Shown: positions 1-11,632, counted from the stretch's first letter. The stretch is 64,000 bases of DNA from TPA_inf: Saccharomyces (GCA_000146045.2 BK006938.2:800001-864000); one strand, 5' to 3'. Made by a program: numbers and translations. Notes: generated from the letters alone by a model not told the origin.

Positions 1-2222
1 ACAATGCAATTTAGTGACACCATTTTGAGAGCAAAATCAAGTGGAAAAAGTAAATTGACTTGACCAACATCAGGACTAGAAGACAAGTTGGAAGAAGTCA
101 AAAGGGGCAATTGTGAGAAATTGTAGGTGGACAGGGATTTTGATATTTGTTCATCGTAGTATGATCTTTGAGTCTGAGTAATTTCCACCCTAGTTAAAGC
201 CAATCTTGTCAAATAATCAACAGTTATTTCCATTACATTTGGCATTCCAGGGTTACAATCATAATTCAAGTAAAATTCAACTAAAGTTCTTGGGTCGTTA
301 CAAATTCGTTGAATAACACTTAAAAAATATCTCTTTTGTTGGGAGGTGGAAGTGGTTAATTCTGAAATGGGGAAGTAGATTTCTGTTAAAAAAACTGGAA
401 TTTCCTTCACGAAATCTGCTCTCAAATTAGCAATCAATAGCCACATAATTTCTAAAGTAACCTCGAAAACTGGAGCTAGAGGCGAGGCAGCATTCCTTGA
501 TAAAACAAGACGTAAATATTGTCTAATTGAATCGATAAAGCACACACGCTCCTTTCCTGGTAGAAAAATGTTGTGGGAAAGGAATACGTCAATATGATCT
601 TTGATAATAGAGTAAATGATGTGAAGAGATAAAAGCTTTGACCTGACGGCATGTGACCTCATGTCGAGTTCTGTTTCCAAAGGTTTAGCACATATTTTCG
701 CCATGACTCTAAACACTAAGAACGCATCTTTAACAGCTAGATCTTGGTTAGTTATGGCGATAGAATCAGGCTGTTGAGCGTCCATTAGTCTTTCCTCATC
801 GTCATTCAACTTATCCATATTTTCCAGAGTTAAAGGAGCCGGCGTTTCTGCATTTTCAGAAGCCTCGGAAAGTTCTATGGCGGATTGTTGTTGATGATTT
901 TTTGTCGATAAGGATACTGCTGAAGAGGTACTTTGTTTGAGATCGATTTTATCATACACCGAACTAATAATTTGTGTCAAGGTCGCCTGTGCAATACCTT
1001 GATTGGATGGGTTCAACGAAAAGACGAAAACGTTGTAGATTGTTCTGATAGCCTTTAGCAAGGAAGCACCGTGGCATAAAGAACTTGAATCCTCTTCTAA
1101 AATGCAACTAGATAAAGCTCTAACGATTTGTAGTTCCACACGGTCATCAGTGCCTTCACCTTGAAAACAGTCTGAAATAGTATCAATTGCAGCGTCTATA
1201 ATTTTTTGTTTTGGAGGCGGCGTTATTCCATCGGCAGCATCTTGTCGTTGATCATTAGAGGCTAAAGAATCGGGTGGATTCACTAACAGGGTCTCGTCTA
1301 GCGATCTAAAAGAAAACAATTTTGACAGGCAATCTAAAGCCAAACTTTGAACTTTGGAGGATTTGGTACGACAGCTTGCCCTTAGTGCTTCGAATACTAG
1401 TATTGAATCCACGTAATGTGGGTTATTCGTGGTTTGCGGATCAAATTCCTTAAATTTTTGTAATGTCCTTTCGATAGCCTTCTGAGCATTCGAATTCTTT
1501 TTAATGTCCTTATCATTTAAAATTGTCTCCAACGTAGTTTTCACTAAAATTATGGTTGAGTTTGTGTTCGAACCATTTGAAGATAGTGATATGTTCCTCG
1601 TATGGGTAGACCTTGGGGCAGTAGAATCGTTGGTGGGAACACTATCTTGATGAGCGATAGCTGGTTCGCCAGCATTTTCCTCTTCTTCTTCTTCTTCTTC
1701 TTCTTCTTCTTCTTCTTCTGACCCGCTTTCATCACCAGAGGAGCTGTTTGATGTATTTCCATCGCTTTCATCAGATTCTTCATCTTCTCCAGAGCTACTC
1801 TCAGTACTTTCCCCTGAGACTGATTCAGAATCTTCCCCGTCTTCGGAACTGGTTTCGGAACTACTGCTATCCACGTCCTCATCATCCTCGTCCCCATTGT
1901 CTTCATCTTCATCTTCATCTTCATCTTCATCTTCATCTCCATCTTCACCTTCATCGTCATGGCGTTTGTCATTTGTATCTTCCGTTTCTTCGGGCGTTTT
2001 CATTCCGTTGGTAGCGTCGTTACTTGTTTCTTTTGTTTCTGCCGTACTGCCAGCGTTTTCTGGCCCTTTGCATTTTTGATCTTCACCATTTGTCTCTTTA
2101 GCTTCTTCTTTAATAGCATTCTGTGGTTTCACAGACGGATTGACTGAAGAAGCAGTCTCTACATTTGAAGATATTTCGCCATCCCCTTTTTCAGCATTTA
2201 CTACTGAATTCTGTTCAGACAT
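1..2222 (-). CDS. SEC7: Arf guanine-nucleotide exchange factor Sec7. N-terminal part only; the gene continues beyond the window start. Start codon at 2220-2222.
   Basis: Reverse-strand translation from 2222 gives MSEQNSVVNAEKGDGEISSN..., followed by acidic poly-Glu and (Asp-Glu)n tracts encoded by the (CTT)n and (CATCTT)n repeats. The minus-strand frame stays open to position 1. Confidence 0.9.
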   Translation of the reverse strand, partial: MSEQNSVVNAEKGDGEISSNVETASSVNPSVKPQNAIKEEAKETNGEDQKCKGPENAGSTAETKETSNDATNGMKTPEETEDTNDKRHDDEGEDGDEDEDEDEDEDEDNGDEDDEDVDSSSSETSSEDGEDSESVSGESTESSSGEDEESDESDGNTSNSSSGDESGSEEEEEEEEEEEEEENAGEPAIAHQDSVPTNDSTAPRSTHTRNISLSSNGSNTNSTIILVKTTLETILNDKDIKKNSNAQKAIERTLQKFKEFDPQTTNNPHYVDSILVFEALRASCRTKSSKVQSLALDCLSKLFSFRSLDETLLVNPPDSLASNDQRQDAADGITPPPKQKIIDAAIDTISDCFQGEGTDDRVELQIVRALSSCILEEDSSSLCHGASLLKAIRTIYNVFVFSLNPSNQGIAQATLTQIISSVYDKIDLKQSTSSAVSLSTKNHQQQSAIELSEASENAETPAPLTLENMDKLNDDEERLMDAQQPDSIAITNQDLAVKDAFLVFRVMAKICAKPLETELDMRSHAVRSKLLSLHIIYSIIKDHIDVFLSHNIFLPGKERVCFIDSIRQYLRLVLSRNAASPLAPVFEVTLEIMWLLIANLRADFVKEIPVFLTEIYFPISELTTSTSQQKRYFLSVIQRICNDPRTLVEFYLNYDCNPGMPNVMEITVDYLTRLALTRVEITQTQRSYYDEQISKSLSTYNFSQLPLLTSSNLSSSPDVGQVNLLFPLDFALKMVSLNCI
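1679..1727. repeat. (CTT)n / (GAA)n trinucleotide microsatellite, about 16 units, coding for poly-Glu in SEC7
   Basis: A perfect cttcttctt… run read directly from the sequence, in frame with the SEC7 minus-strand ORF. Confidence 0.95.
1903..1950. repeat. (CATCTT)n hexanucleotide repeat, about 8 units, coding for (Asp-Glu)n in SEC7
   Basis: A tcttcatcttcatcttcatcttcatcttcatc… run. Confidence 0.9.
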
Positions 2223-2730
2223 CAGATATAGTAGCACTTAGACTTGTTTCTTATCTTCTTTAATGGAATTCGGGGAAAAAATGAGAAAGAAACAGTTTAA
2301 GATATTACTTTTTATTGGTTCTGGAGAAACTTAAAAGAAATCGAGTATAGCTTAGTTGCAGAAAATATTTTATATTTCTCCGGAAAATGACTTCAATTTC
2401 TATTAGTCTGCGTTTATTGAACAATTGGAGAGAAGCCAATGATGCTTTTTAAAGAAATGATGTAAATCCCAACTTTGAGCTTCCTTTCTCGTTGCTTTGT
2501 TTTTCCCTCGCCTCGATATTATAAAATTTACTCGGCGCCTTGATAAAAACTAAACGTTCACCTTCTTTCCTGTAGAGGGAAAATAACAATATGTATAAGC
2601 CTTCTCCGACATCAAAAAACTGTAAGAGCTTCAAAAGTACTAAAGTGTATATCTTAAGAGCATCGTTGGCTCCACTCTAACACATCAACAAAAAATATCA
2701 ATGTTGATTTGTTAGAGTAAAAATAAAAAG

Positions 2731-2802
2731 AGGTCCTACCCGGATTCGAACCGGGGTTGTCCGGATCAAAACCGAAAGTGATAACCACTACACTATAGGA
2801 CC
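2731..2802 (-). tRNA. tQ(UUG): tRNA-Gln, anticodon UUG
   Basis: The reverse complement reads GGTCCTATAGTGTAGTGGTTATCACTTTCGGTTTTGATCCGGACAACCCCGGTTCGAATCCGGGTAGGACCT. It shows a cloverleaf with a GTGGTT D-loop, a GGTTCGAATCC T-arm and the anticodon loop TTTTGAT (UUG). A T-rich Pol III terminator (TTTTTATTTT on the tRNA strand) lies immediately 3' at about 2720-2730. Confidence 0.9.
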
Positions 2803-2904
2803 GACAATTCATGTTAAATCCTCCTTTTTTAGGCTTTTATAAGTTACTTTGACTAGAGATGACTAGAAATGATTATATTACACGCACACACAATACACAC
2901 ATAG

Positions 2905-3235
2905 TGTTGGAATAAAAATCCACTATCGTCTATCAACTAATAGTTATATTATCAATATATTATCATATACGGTGTTAAGATGATGACATAAGTTATGAGA
3001 AGCTGTCATCGAAGTTAGAGGAAGCTGAAGTGCAAGGATTGATAATGTAATAGGATAATGAAACATATAAAACAGAATGAGGAATAATCGTAATATTGGT
3101 ATATAGAAATATAGATTCCATTATGGGGATTCCTGACCCTCGAGGAGAACTTCTAGTATATTCTGTATACCTAATATTATAGCCTTTATCAACAATGGAA
3201 TCCCAACAATTATCTCAACATTCACCCATTTCTCA
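2905..3235 (+). repeat. Ty1 delta LTR, the 5' LTR of the truncated element
   Basis: Begins TGTTGGAATAAAAATC..., ends ...CATTTCTCA, and is followed directly by the tRNA-iMet primer-binding site TGGTAGCGCC (3236-3245). It is about 331 bp long. The Gag ATG lies inside the LTR, as in Ty1. Confidence 0.9.
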
Positions 3236-4517
3236 TGGTAGCGCCTGTGCTTCGGTTACTTCTAAAGAAGTCCAAACAACTCAAGATCCGTTAGACATTT
3301 CAGCTTCCAAAACAGAAGAATGTGAGAAGGTTTTCACTCAGGCTAATTCTCAACAGCCAACAACACCTCCCTCAGCTGCTGTTCCAGAGAACCATCATCA
3401 TGCCTCTCCTCAAGCTGCTCAAGTACCATTGCCACAAAATGGGCCGTACCCACAGCAGCGAATGATGACTCCCCAACAAGCCAATATTTCTGGTTGGCCA
3501 GTATACGGGCACCCATCTTTGATGCCGTATCCACCTTATCAAATGTCACCTATGTACGCTCCACCTGGAGCACAATCACAGTTTACACAATATCCACAAT
3601 ATGTTGGAACACATTTGAACACCCCGTCACCTGAGTCAGGTAATTCATTTCCTGATTCATCCTCAGCAAAGTCTAATATGACATCCACTAATCAACATGT
3701 CAGACCACCGCCAATCTTAACCTCACCTAATGACTTTCTAAATTGGGTTAAAATATACATCAAATTTTTACAAAATTCGAATCTCGGTGATATTATTCCG
3801 ACAGCAACAAGAAAAGCCGTACGTCAGATGACTGATGACGAACTCACCTTCTTATGTCACACCTTTCAACTATTTGCTCTATCTCAATTCTTACCCACCT
3901 GGGTTAAAGACATCTTATCTGTTGATTATACAGATATCATGAAAATTCTTTCCAAAAGCATTAACAAAATGCAGTCTGATACTCAAGAGGTAAATGACAT
4001 TACGACCCTAGCAAATTTGCATTATAATGGAAGTACACCTGCAGATGCATTTGAAGCAGAAGTCACAAACATTCTTGACAGACTAAAAAACAATGGCATT
4101 CCTATCAATAACAAGGTAGCATGCCAATTCATTATGAGAGGTCTATCTGGCGAATACAAATTTTTACGCTACGCACGTCATCGATATATACATATGACAG
4201 TTGCTGATCTGTTTTCAGACATACATTCTATGTATGAAGAACAACAGGAATCAAAACGTAATAAATCTACTTATAGGAGAAGTCCGAGTGATGAGAAGAA
4301 AGACTCTCGCACCTATACGAATACAACCAAACCCAAATCCATAACTCGGAATTCCCAAAAACCAAATAATTCACAATCAAGAACAGCCAGGGCTCATAAC
4401 GTATCCACATCTAATAACTTTCCCGGCCCTGATAACGATCTCATAAGAGGATCAACTACTGAACCGATTCAATTGAAGAATAAACACGACCTTCACCTTA
4501 GGCCAGGAACTTACTGA
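3195..4517 (+). CDS. YDR170W-A: Ty1 Gag (TYA) capsid protein, 440 aa, intact ORF of a diverged Ty1 subfamily
   Basis: [26 protein letters not shown]…[12 protein letters not shown]. It is full-length against Ty1 Gag with about 80% identity judged by eye. It ends at the canonical position just past the frameshift site. Confidence 0.9.
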   Translation: MESQQLSQHSPISHGSACASVTSKEVQTTQDPLDISASKTEECEKVFTQANSQQPTTPPSAAVPENHHHASPQAAQVPLPQNGPYPQQRMMTPQQANISGWPVYGHPSLMPYPPYQMSPMYAPPGAQSQFTQYPQYVGTHLNTPSPESGNSFPDSSSAKSNMTSTNQHVRPPPILTSPNDFLNWVKIYIKFLQNSNLGDIIPTATRKAVRQMTDDELTFLCHTFQLFALSQFLPTWVKDILSVDYTDIMKILSKSINKMQSDTQEVNDITTLANLHYNGSTPADAFEAEVTNILDRLKNNGIPINNKVACQFIMRGLSGEYKFLRYARHRYIHMTVADLFSDIHSMYEEQQESKRNKSTYRRSPSDEKKDSRTYTNTTKPKSITRNSQKPNNSQSRTARAHNVSTSNNFPGPDNDLIRGSTTEPIQLKNKHDLHLRPGTY

Positions 4518-5688
4518 ATCTACGGTGAATCACACTAATCATTCTGATGATGAACTCCCTGGACACCTCCTTCTCGATTCAGGAGCATCACGAACCCTTA
4601 TAAGATCTGCTCATCACATACACTCAGCATCATCTAATCCTGACATAAACGTAGTTGATGCTCAAAAAAGAAATATACCAATTAACGCTATTGGTGACCT
4701 ACAATTTCACTTCCAGGACAACACCAAAACATCAATAAAGGTATTGCACACTCCTAACATAGCCTATGACTTACTCAGTTTGAATGAATTGGCTGCAGTA
4801 GATATCACAGCATGCTTTACCAAAAACGTCTTAGAACGATCTGACGGCACTGTACTTGCGCCTATCGTAAAATATGGAGACTTTTACTGGGTATCTAAAA
4901 AGTACTTGCTTCCTTCAAATATCTCCGTACCCACCATCAATAATGCCCATACAAATGAAAGTACACGCAAGTATCCTTATCCTTTCATTCATCGAATGCT
5001 TGCGCATGCCAATGCACAGACAATTCGATACTCACTTAAAAATAACACCATCACGTATTTTAACGAATCAGATGTCGACTGGTCTAGTGCTGTTGACTAT
5101 CAATGTCCTGATTGTTTAATCGGCAAAAGCACCAAACACAGACATATCAAAGGTTCACGACTAAAATACCAAAATTCATACGAACCCTTTCAATACCTAC
5201 ATACTGACATATTTGGTCCAGTTCACAACCTACCAAAGAGTGCACCATCCTATTTCATCTCATTTACTGATGAGACAACAAAATTCCGTTGGGTTTATCC
5301 ATTACACGACCGTCGCGAGGACTCTATCCTCGATGTTTTTACTACGATACTAGCTTTTATTAAAAACCAGTTTCAGGCCAGTGTCTTGGTTATACAAATG
5401 GACCGTGGTTCTGAGTATACTAACAGAACTCTCCATAAATTCCTTGAAAAAAATGGTATAACTCCATGCTATACAACCACAGCGAATTCCCGAGCACATG
5501 GAGTCGCTGAACGGCTGAACCGTACCTTATTAGATGACTGCCGTACTCAACTGCAATGTAGTGGTTTACCGAACCATTTATGGTTCTCTGCAATCGAATT
5601 TTCTACTATTGTGAGAAATTCACTAGCTTCACCTAAAAGCAAAAAATCTCAAAATTCCCAATATTCACATAGTCTAAAGTACCGATAG
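4499..5688 (+). pseudogene. Ty1 Pol (TYB) remnant, reached by a +1 frameshift. The protease and the start of integrase are present. It is truncated, so no RT is encoded.
   Basis: The +1 frame relative to Gag stays open from the CTTAGGC site. Translation shows the protease motif [12 protein letters not shown] and the integrase zinc-finger H…H…CPDCLIGK. Ty1 homology is lost at about 5650 and a stop follows at 5688. Confidence 0.8.
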
Positions 5689-5740
5689 CAACCAACATAT
5701 ATAAACAGTAGTATTTTACGAAGCTGAATTGCAAGATTAG

Positions 5741-5978
5741 TGAGAGGAGAATAACCGGATAATTTTTTTGGATTACGTTATTGTTAAAGGCTATAATATT
5801 AGGTGAAACAGAATGTCCTAGAAGTTTTTTTCTTTCATGTTAAATTTATTGATTCTTGCGCTTCAGCTTTTATAAAACATAAGAACTGTTTCTTCACGTT
5901 AACTTCTTGTGCCACATATAATGATGTACTAGTAATATGGGTACTATTTGGCAGATGATATTTGATTTTTATTCAAGA
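5741..5978 (-). repeat. Inverted, internally deleted Ty1-type delta LTR, solo and diverged
   Basis: The reverse complement of 5960-5978 reads …TTGAATAAAAATCAAATATCATCT…, matching the delta start TGTTGGAATAAAAATCCACTATCGTCT. The reverse complement of 5745-5815 reads …AACTTCTAGGACATTCTGTTTCACCTAATATTATAGCCTTTAACAATAACGTAATCC…AATTATC…, matching the delta 3' part GAGAACTTCTAGTATATTCTGTATACCTAATATTATAGCCTTTATCAACAATGGAATCCCAACAATTATC. About 100 bp of the central LTR is missing. No PBS follows, so it is not joined to an internal Ty domain. Confidence 0.7.
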
Positions 5979-6377
5979 CGGTTACTGTTTCTACGATTGA
6001 TATTTTCATTCCTGGATATCATCTTGCCAGATCACTTACAATTTAGGCCGCGCCTGAATTGAAGAGTACTTCAATACGTAGTGTACTGTCCAAACTCTCT
6101 TCCAAATTTTTAATATTTAGCTGGGGTTGGGTAACAAGTGAGCAAGGGAAAAAGTGAACATTTTAAGAAGAACAATAAAATAGCAAGAGATGGAATGGTA
6201 ATGCTTGGCTCTCGAGAAGAGTAGCATAAAACGAGACTTGTTTAAAACAGGATATGACATACTTCAATTCAGCTTTCCCTATCAGCCGCTCGAGCAGTTA
6301 TATAGGTGTGTTGCCGGAGTAATTTGGCGGAGGCCAACAGTGGCTAGGCGGCAACGCCTGGAACACGCGCTTAAAAG

Positions 6378-6402
6378 TTCTGGAAGGTTCGCGAATTGAG
6401 AA
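6378..6402 (+). promoter_or_regulatory. Heat-shock element (Hsf1 site) in the HSP42 promoter
   Basis: gTTCtgGAAggTTCgcGAAttgaGAAc has four perfectly phased alternating nTTCn/nGAAn units plus a fifth GAA after a 4-nt gap. It lies about 220 bp upstream of the HSP42 ATG. Confidence 0.7.
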
Positions 6403-6408
6403 CTGCTC

Positions 6409-6471
6409 AGGGGCGAATACAGGGGCGGCCTTGGCGGCAGGGGGGAGGCCTCTGTGAAGTTAGTTATATAA
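6409..6471 (+). promoter_or_regulatory. Cluster of three STRE (AGGGG) Msn2/4 elements plus a TATATAA box in the HSP42 promoter
   Basis: AGGGG at 6409-6413, 6421-6425 and 6439-6443. TATATAA at 6465-6471, about 150 bp upstream of the ATG. Confidence 0.6.
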
Positions 6472-6620
6472 GACTTGCTGTCATCGTTTTTTTGATCCCG
6501 GCAGGAACTATCTTTTATTCTCATACATACGGTCAAGAAGTATAATTATACATAACATAGGGACACGTTCAGGCAATTGTCCATATCCCACACAAATTAA
6601 GATCATACCAAGCCGAAGCA

Positions 6621-7748
6621 ATGAGTTTTTATCAACCATCCCTATCTCTTTATGACGTTTTGAACGCATTATCCAACCAAACTGGCCAGAGAGGGCAGCA
6701 AGGATATCCTCGCCAACCACAAAGGCCACAGAGATACCATCCCCATTATGGACAAGTGCACGTTGGCGGGCATCATCCTCGTCATCATCCATTGTATAGC
6801 AGATACAATGGTGTTCCTAATACCTATTACTACCAGTTCCCTGGACAAGCCTATTACTATAGTCCTGAATACGGTTATGATGACGAGGATGGTGAAGAAG
6901 AGGACCAAGACGAAGATATGGTGGGTGACAGCGGCACTACAAGACAGGAAGATGGTGGCGAGGACAGCAACTCGAGAAGATATCCATCATATTACCATTG
7001 TAATACTGCCAGGAATAATAGGACCAACCAACAGGCAAACAGTTTAAACGACTTATTAACCGCGTTAATAGGTGTTCCACCATATGAAGGCACTGAACCA
7101 GAAATTGAAGCAAATACCGAACAGGAGGGCGAAAAGGGAGAAGAAAAGGATAAGAAGGATAAGTCTGAAGCACCCAAAGAGGAAGCTGGCGAAACCAACA
7201 AAGAAAAACCTTTGAATCAGCTGGAGGAATCGTCGAGACCACCATTAGCCAAAAAATCTTCATCGTTCGCTCACCTACAAGCGCCTTCCCCAATACCTGA
7301 CCCGTTACAAGTATCCAAGCCTGAAACGAGAATGGACTTACCATTTTCACCAGAAGTGAATGTCTATGATACCGAGGACACTTACGTAGTTGTTCTTGCG
7401 TTACCAGGTGCTAACTCTAGGGCTTTCCACATTGATTACCATCCATCTTCTCATGAGATGCTCATCAAGGGTAAGATCGAAGACAGAGTGGGCATTGATG
7501 AAAAATTCTTGAAGATCACGGAACTAAAATATGGTGCGTTTGAGAGAACCGTTAAATTCCCCGTGCTGCCACGCATTAAGGACGAAGAAATTAAAGCTAC
7601 TTACAACAACGGTCTACTACAAATTAAGGTGCCTAAAATTGTCAATGACACTGAAAAGCCGAAGCCAAAAAAGAGGATCGCCATTGAGGAAATACCCGAC
7701 GAAGAATTGGAGTTTGAAGAAAATCCCAACCCTACGGTAGAAAATTGA
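6621..7748 (+). CDS. HSP42: Small heat-shock protein Hsp42, 375 aa, alpha-crystallin domain with a Tyr/Gln-rich N-terminal low-complexity region
   Basis: MSFYQPSLSLYDVLNALSNQ… with a C-terminal alpha-crystallin fold (…VYDTEDTYVVVLALPGANSRAFHIDYHPSSHEMLIKGKIEDRV…). Length equals that of Hsp42. Confidence 0.93.
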   Translation: MSFYQPSLSLYDVLNALSNQTGQRGQQGYPRQPQRPQRYHPHYGQVHVGGHHPRHHPLYSRYNGVPNTYYYQFPGQAYYYSPEYGYDDEDGEEEDQDEDMVGDSGTTRQEDGGEDSNSRRYPSYYHCNTARNNRTNQQANSLNDLLTALIGVPPYEGTEPEIEANTEQEGEKGEEKDKKDKSEAPKEEAGETNKEKPLNQLEESSRPPLAKKSSSFAHLQAPSPIPDPLQVSKPETRMDLPFSPEVNVYDTEDTYVVVLALPGANSRAFHIDYHPSSHEMLIKGKIEDRVGIDEKFLKITELKYGAFERTVKFPVLPRIKDEEIKATYNNGLLQIKVPKIVNDTEKPKPKKRIAIEEIPDEELEFEENPNPTVEN

Positions 7749-8242
7749 ATATCGTATCTGTTTATACACACATACATACATTTATATTTATAATAAGCGT
7801 TAAAATTTCGGCAGAATATCTGTCAACCACACAAAAATCATACAACGAATGGTATATGCTTCATTTCTTTGTTTCGCATTAGCTGCGCTATTTGACTCAA
7901 ATTATTATTTTTTACTAAGACGACGCGTCACAGTGTTCGAGTCTGTGTCATTTCTTTTGTAATTCTCTTAAACCACTTCATAAAGTTGTGAAGTTCATAG
8001 CAAAATTCTTCCGCAAAAAGATGAATCTTAGTTCTCAGCCCACCAAAAGAGGTACATGCTAAGATCATACAGAAGTTATTGTCACTTCTTACCTTGCTCT
8101 TAAATGTACATTACAACCGGGTATTATATCTTACATCATCGTATAATATGATCTTTCTTTATGGAGAAAATTTTTTTTTCACTCGACCAAAGCTCCCATT
8201 GCTTCTGAAGAGTGTAGTGTATATTGGTACATCTTCTCTTGA

Positions 8243-10381
<2,139 letters not shown>

Positions 10382-10564
10382 ATTTCTTGCAAACATAAGT
10401 AAATGCAAACACAATAATACCGATCATAAAGCATTTTCTTCTATATTAAAAAACAAGGTTTAATAAAGCTGTTATATATATATATATATATATAGACGTA
10501 TAATTAGTTTAGTTCTTTTTGTACCATATACCATAAACAAGGTAAACTTCACCTCTCAATATAT

Positions 10565-11632
10565 CTAGAATTTCATAAAAATATCTAGCAAGGTTTCAAC
10601 TCCTTCAATCACGTTTTCATCATAACCCTTCCCCGGCGTTATTTCAGAATGTGCAAAATCTATTAGTGACATGGAACTCAAAGAACCAGTTGTTTTTTTG
10701 TCCTTTGGTCCTTCGCTGCTTCCCTCGGCATCATCATCATCATCATCATCATTATCATCATCGTCGTCATCATCGTCTATAAAATCATCTCGCATAAGTT
10801 TGTCAACATCATTTAGTAATTCCCATCGCTCCGGGTCTCCTTCGTAAATAAACAAAAGACTACTTGATATCATTCTAACTTCTTCTTCTAGCATAGTATT
10901 ATAAAACAACTGCAATCTTTTCAAAAATGTTTTCTTCAGTTGATGCTTTCTCGCATCCGACAGATGAGGATTGTTAAAATAAAGTTCAATTGCATCTGAA
11001 ACATTTTGATCGGTTCTTGAACGACCATACAATTTGTTTATAAAGATATAATCACTGTCTGCTTCTTCTTCGTAATATTCGAGCGAAAGCTGATTCAGCA
11101 CAGAGGGATTTTTCTGTATTTTCATGCCACATATCCTGAAACCCAAAGATCCTGAAGTCGTCGTCTCACTGACTCTTTTCATTCTCTCTCTTTTTTCCAA
11201 TGATGCCTTCGAATCATACAAAGTTTTGCCTAATTTTATATCAAGTATATTAGGTTTACTAAATCCATATAGTAGATTTTCTAAAACGAGGTATTGCTTG
11301 GACTTCTCAGACTTTACAGGTATTGAATCAAGATTATCAGTGGAATCACTTAACCGCTCATCTATCTTCAGAAGCGCAGCATCGCCACTTTGCTCGATTT
11401 TTGCCCCTTCATTCAAGACTCCAAGATACGTGGGCATCCAAGAGCACAAGGGAGCATCTCCATCAGCCGAAGACTTTCTTCGACTCACATCTCTCACTTG
11501 TATGGCTTTGTAGAATTCCAGTTCCTGCGGAAAGGCCGGTTTAAAGATGAGCAATCCATCACCGTCTGTTAGAGTACCGTCGTGGCCAGCAGCTTTATGC
11601 TCTAAAACCCTATAATTGTTTACCGTATCCAT
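10565..11632 (-). CDS. ARG82: Inositol polyphosphate multikinase (Arg82/Ipk2), 355 aa. Start at the MDTVNNYRV methionine, not the longer ORF-track start.
   Basis: MDTVNNYRVLEHKAAGHDGTLTDGDGLLIFKP… with the IP-kinase PxxxDxKxG region (…ILDIKLGKTLYDS…) and a poly-Asp tract (DDDDDDDDNDDDDDDD). Confidence 0.9.
   Translation of the reverse strand: MDTVNNYRVLEHKAAGHDGTLTDGDGLLIFKPAFPQELEFYKAIQVRDVSRRKSSADGDAPLCSWMPTYLGVLNEGAKIEQSGDAALLKIDERLSDSTDNLDSIPVKSEKSKQYLVLENLLYGFSKPNILDIKLGKTLYDSKASLEKRERMKRVSETTTSGSLGFRICGMKIQKNPSVLNQLSLEYYEEEADSDYIFINKLYGRSRTDQNVSDAIELYFNNPHLSDARKHQLKKTFLKRLQLFYNTMLEEEVRMISSSLLFIYEGDPERWELLNDVDKLMRDDFIDDDDDDDDNDDDDDDDAEGSSEGPKDKKTTGSLSSMSLIDFAHSEITPGKGYDENVIEGVETLLDIFMKF

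Larger units (their letters stand above)
2905..5650 (+). mobile_element. Truncated Ty1 LTR retrotransposon: 5' LTR, Gag, and the protease plus N-terminal integrase part of Pol. It lacks the RT/RNase H region and a cognate 3' LTR.
   Basis: LTR + PBS + Gag ORF + CTTAGGC frameshift heptamer (4497-4503) + Pol in the +1 frame. Pol similarity to Ty1 (…[25 protein letters not shown]) stops near 5650, after which the sequence is unrelated and a stop follows at 5688. Confidence 0.85.

Noticed and set aside
1550-1972. 140-aa minus-strand ORF with a poly-Lys run (KKKKKKKKKKKKKRK) and an MKMKMK repeat
   Set aside because: This is the wrong reading frame through the SEC7 (CTT)n and (CATCTT)n microsatellites. 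The true SEC7 frame reads poly-Glu and (Asp-Glu)n.
5690-6200. A possible second LTR family (sigma or tau) between the Ty1 remnant and HSP42
   Set aside because: I compared the region to the sigma and Ty1/Ty2 LTR sequences I remember. Only the inverted delta (5741-5978) matched. The flanks at 5651-5740 and 5979-6200 matched nothing I could recognise and are best treated as unique intergenic DNA unless a database search says otherwise.
10476-10494. (TA)n dinucleotide runs here and at 12961-12980, 40421-40450, 43500-43525
   Set aside because: They are short simple repeats in 3' UTR and terminator regions (SUP35/ARG82, HMO1, SLY1, HST4 downstream). Such runs are common in yeast terminators and are not a functional array. 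No CRISPR-like spacer-repeat periodicity is present.
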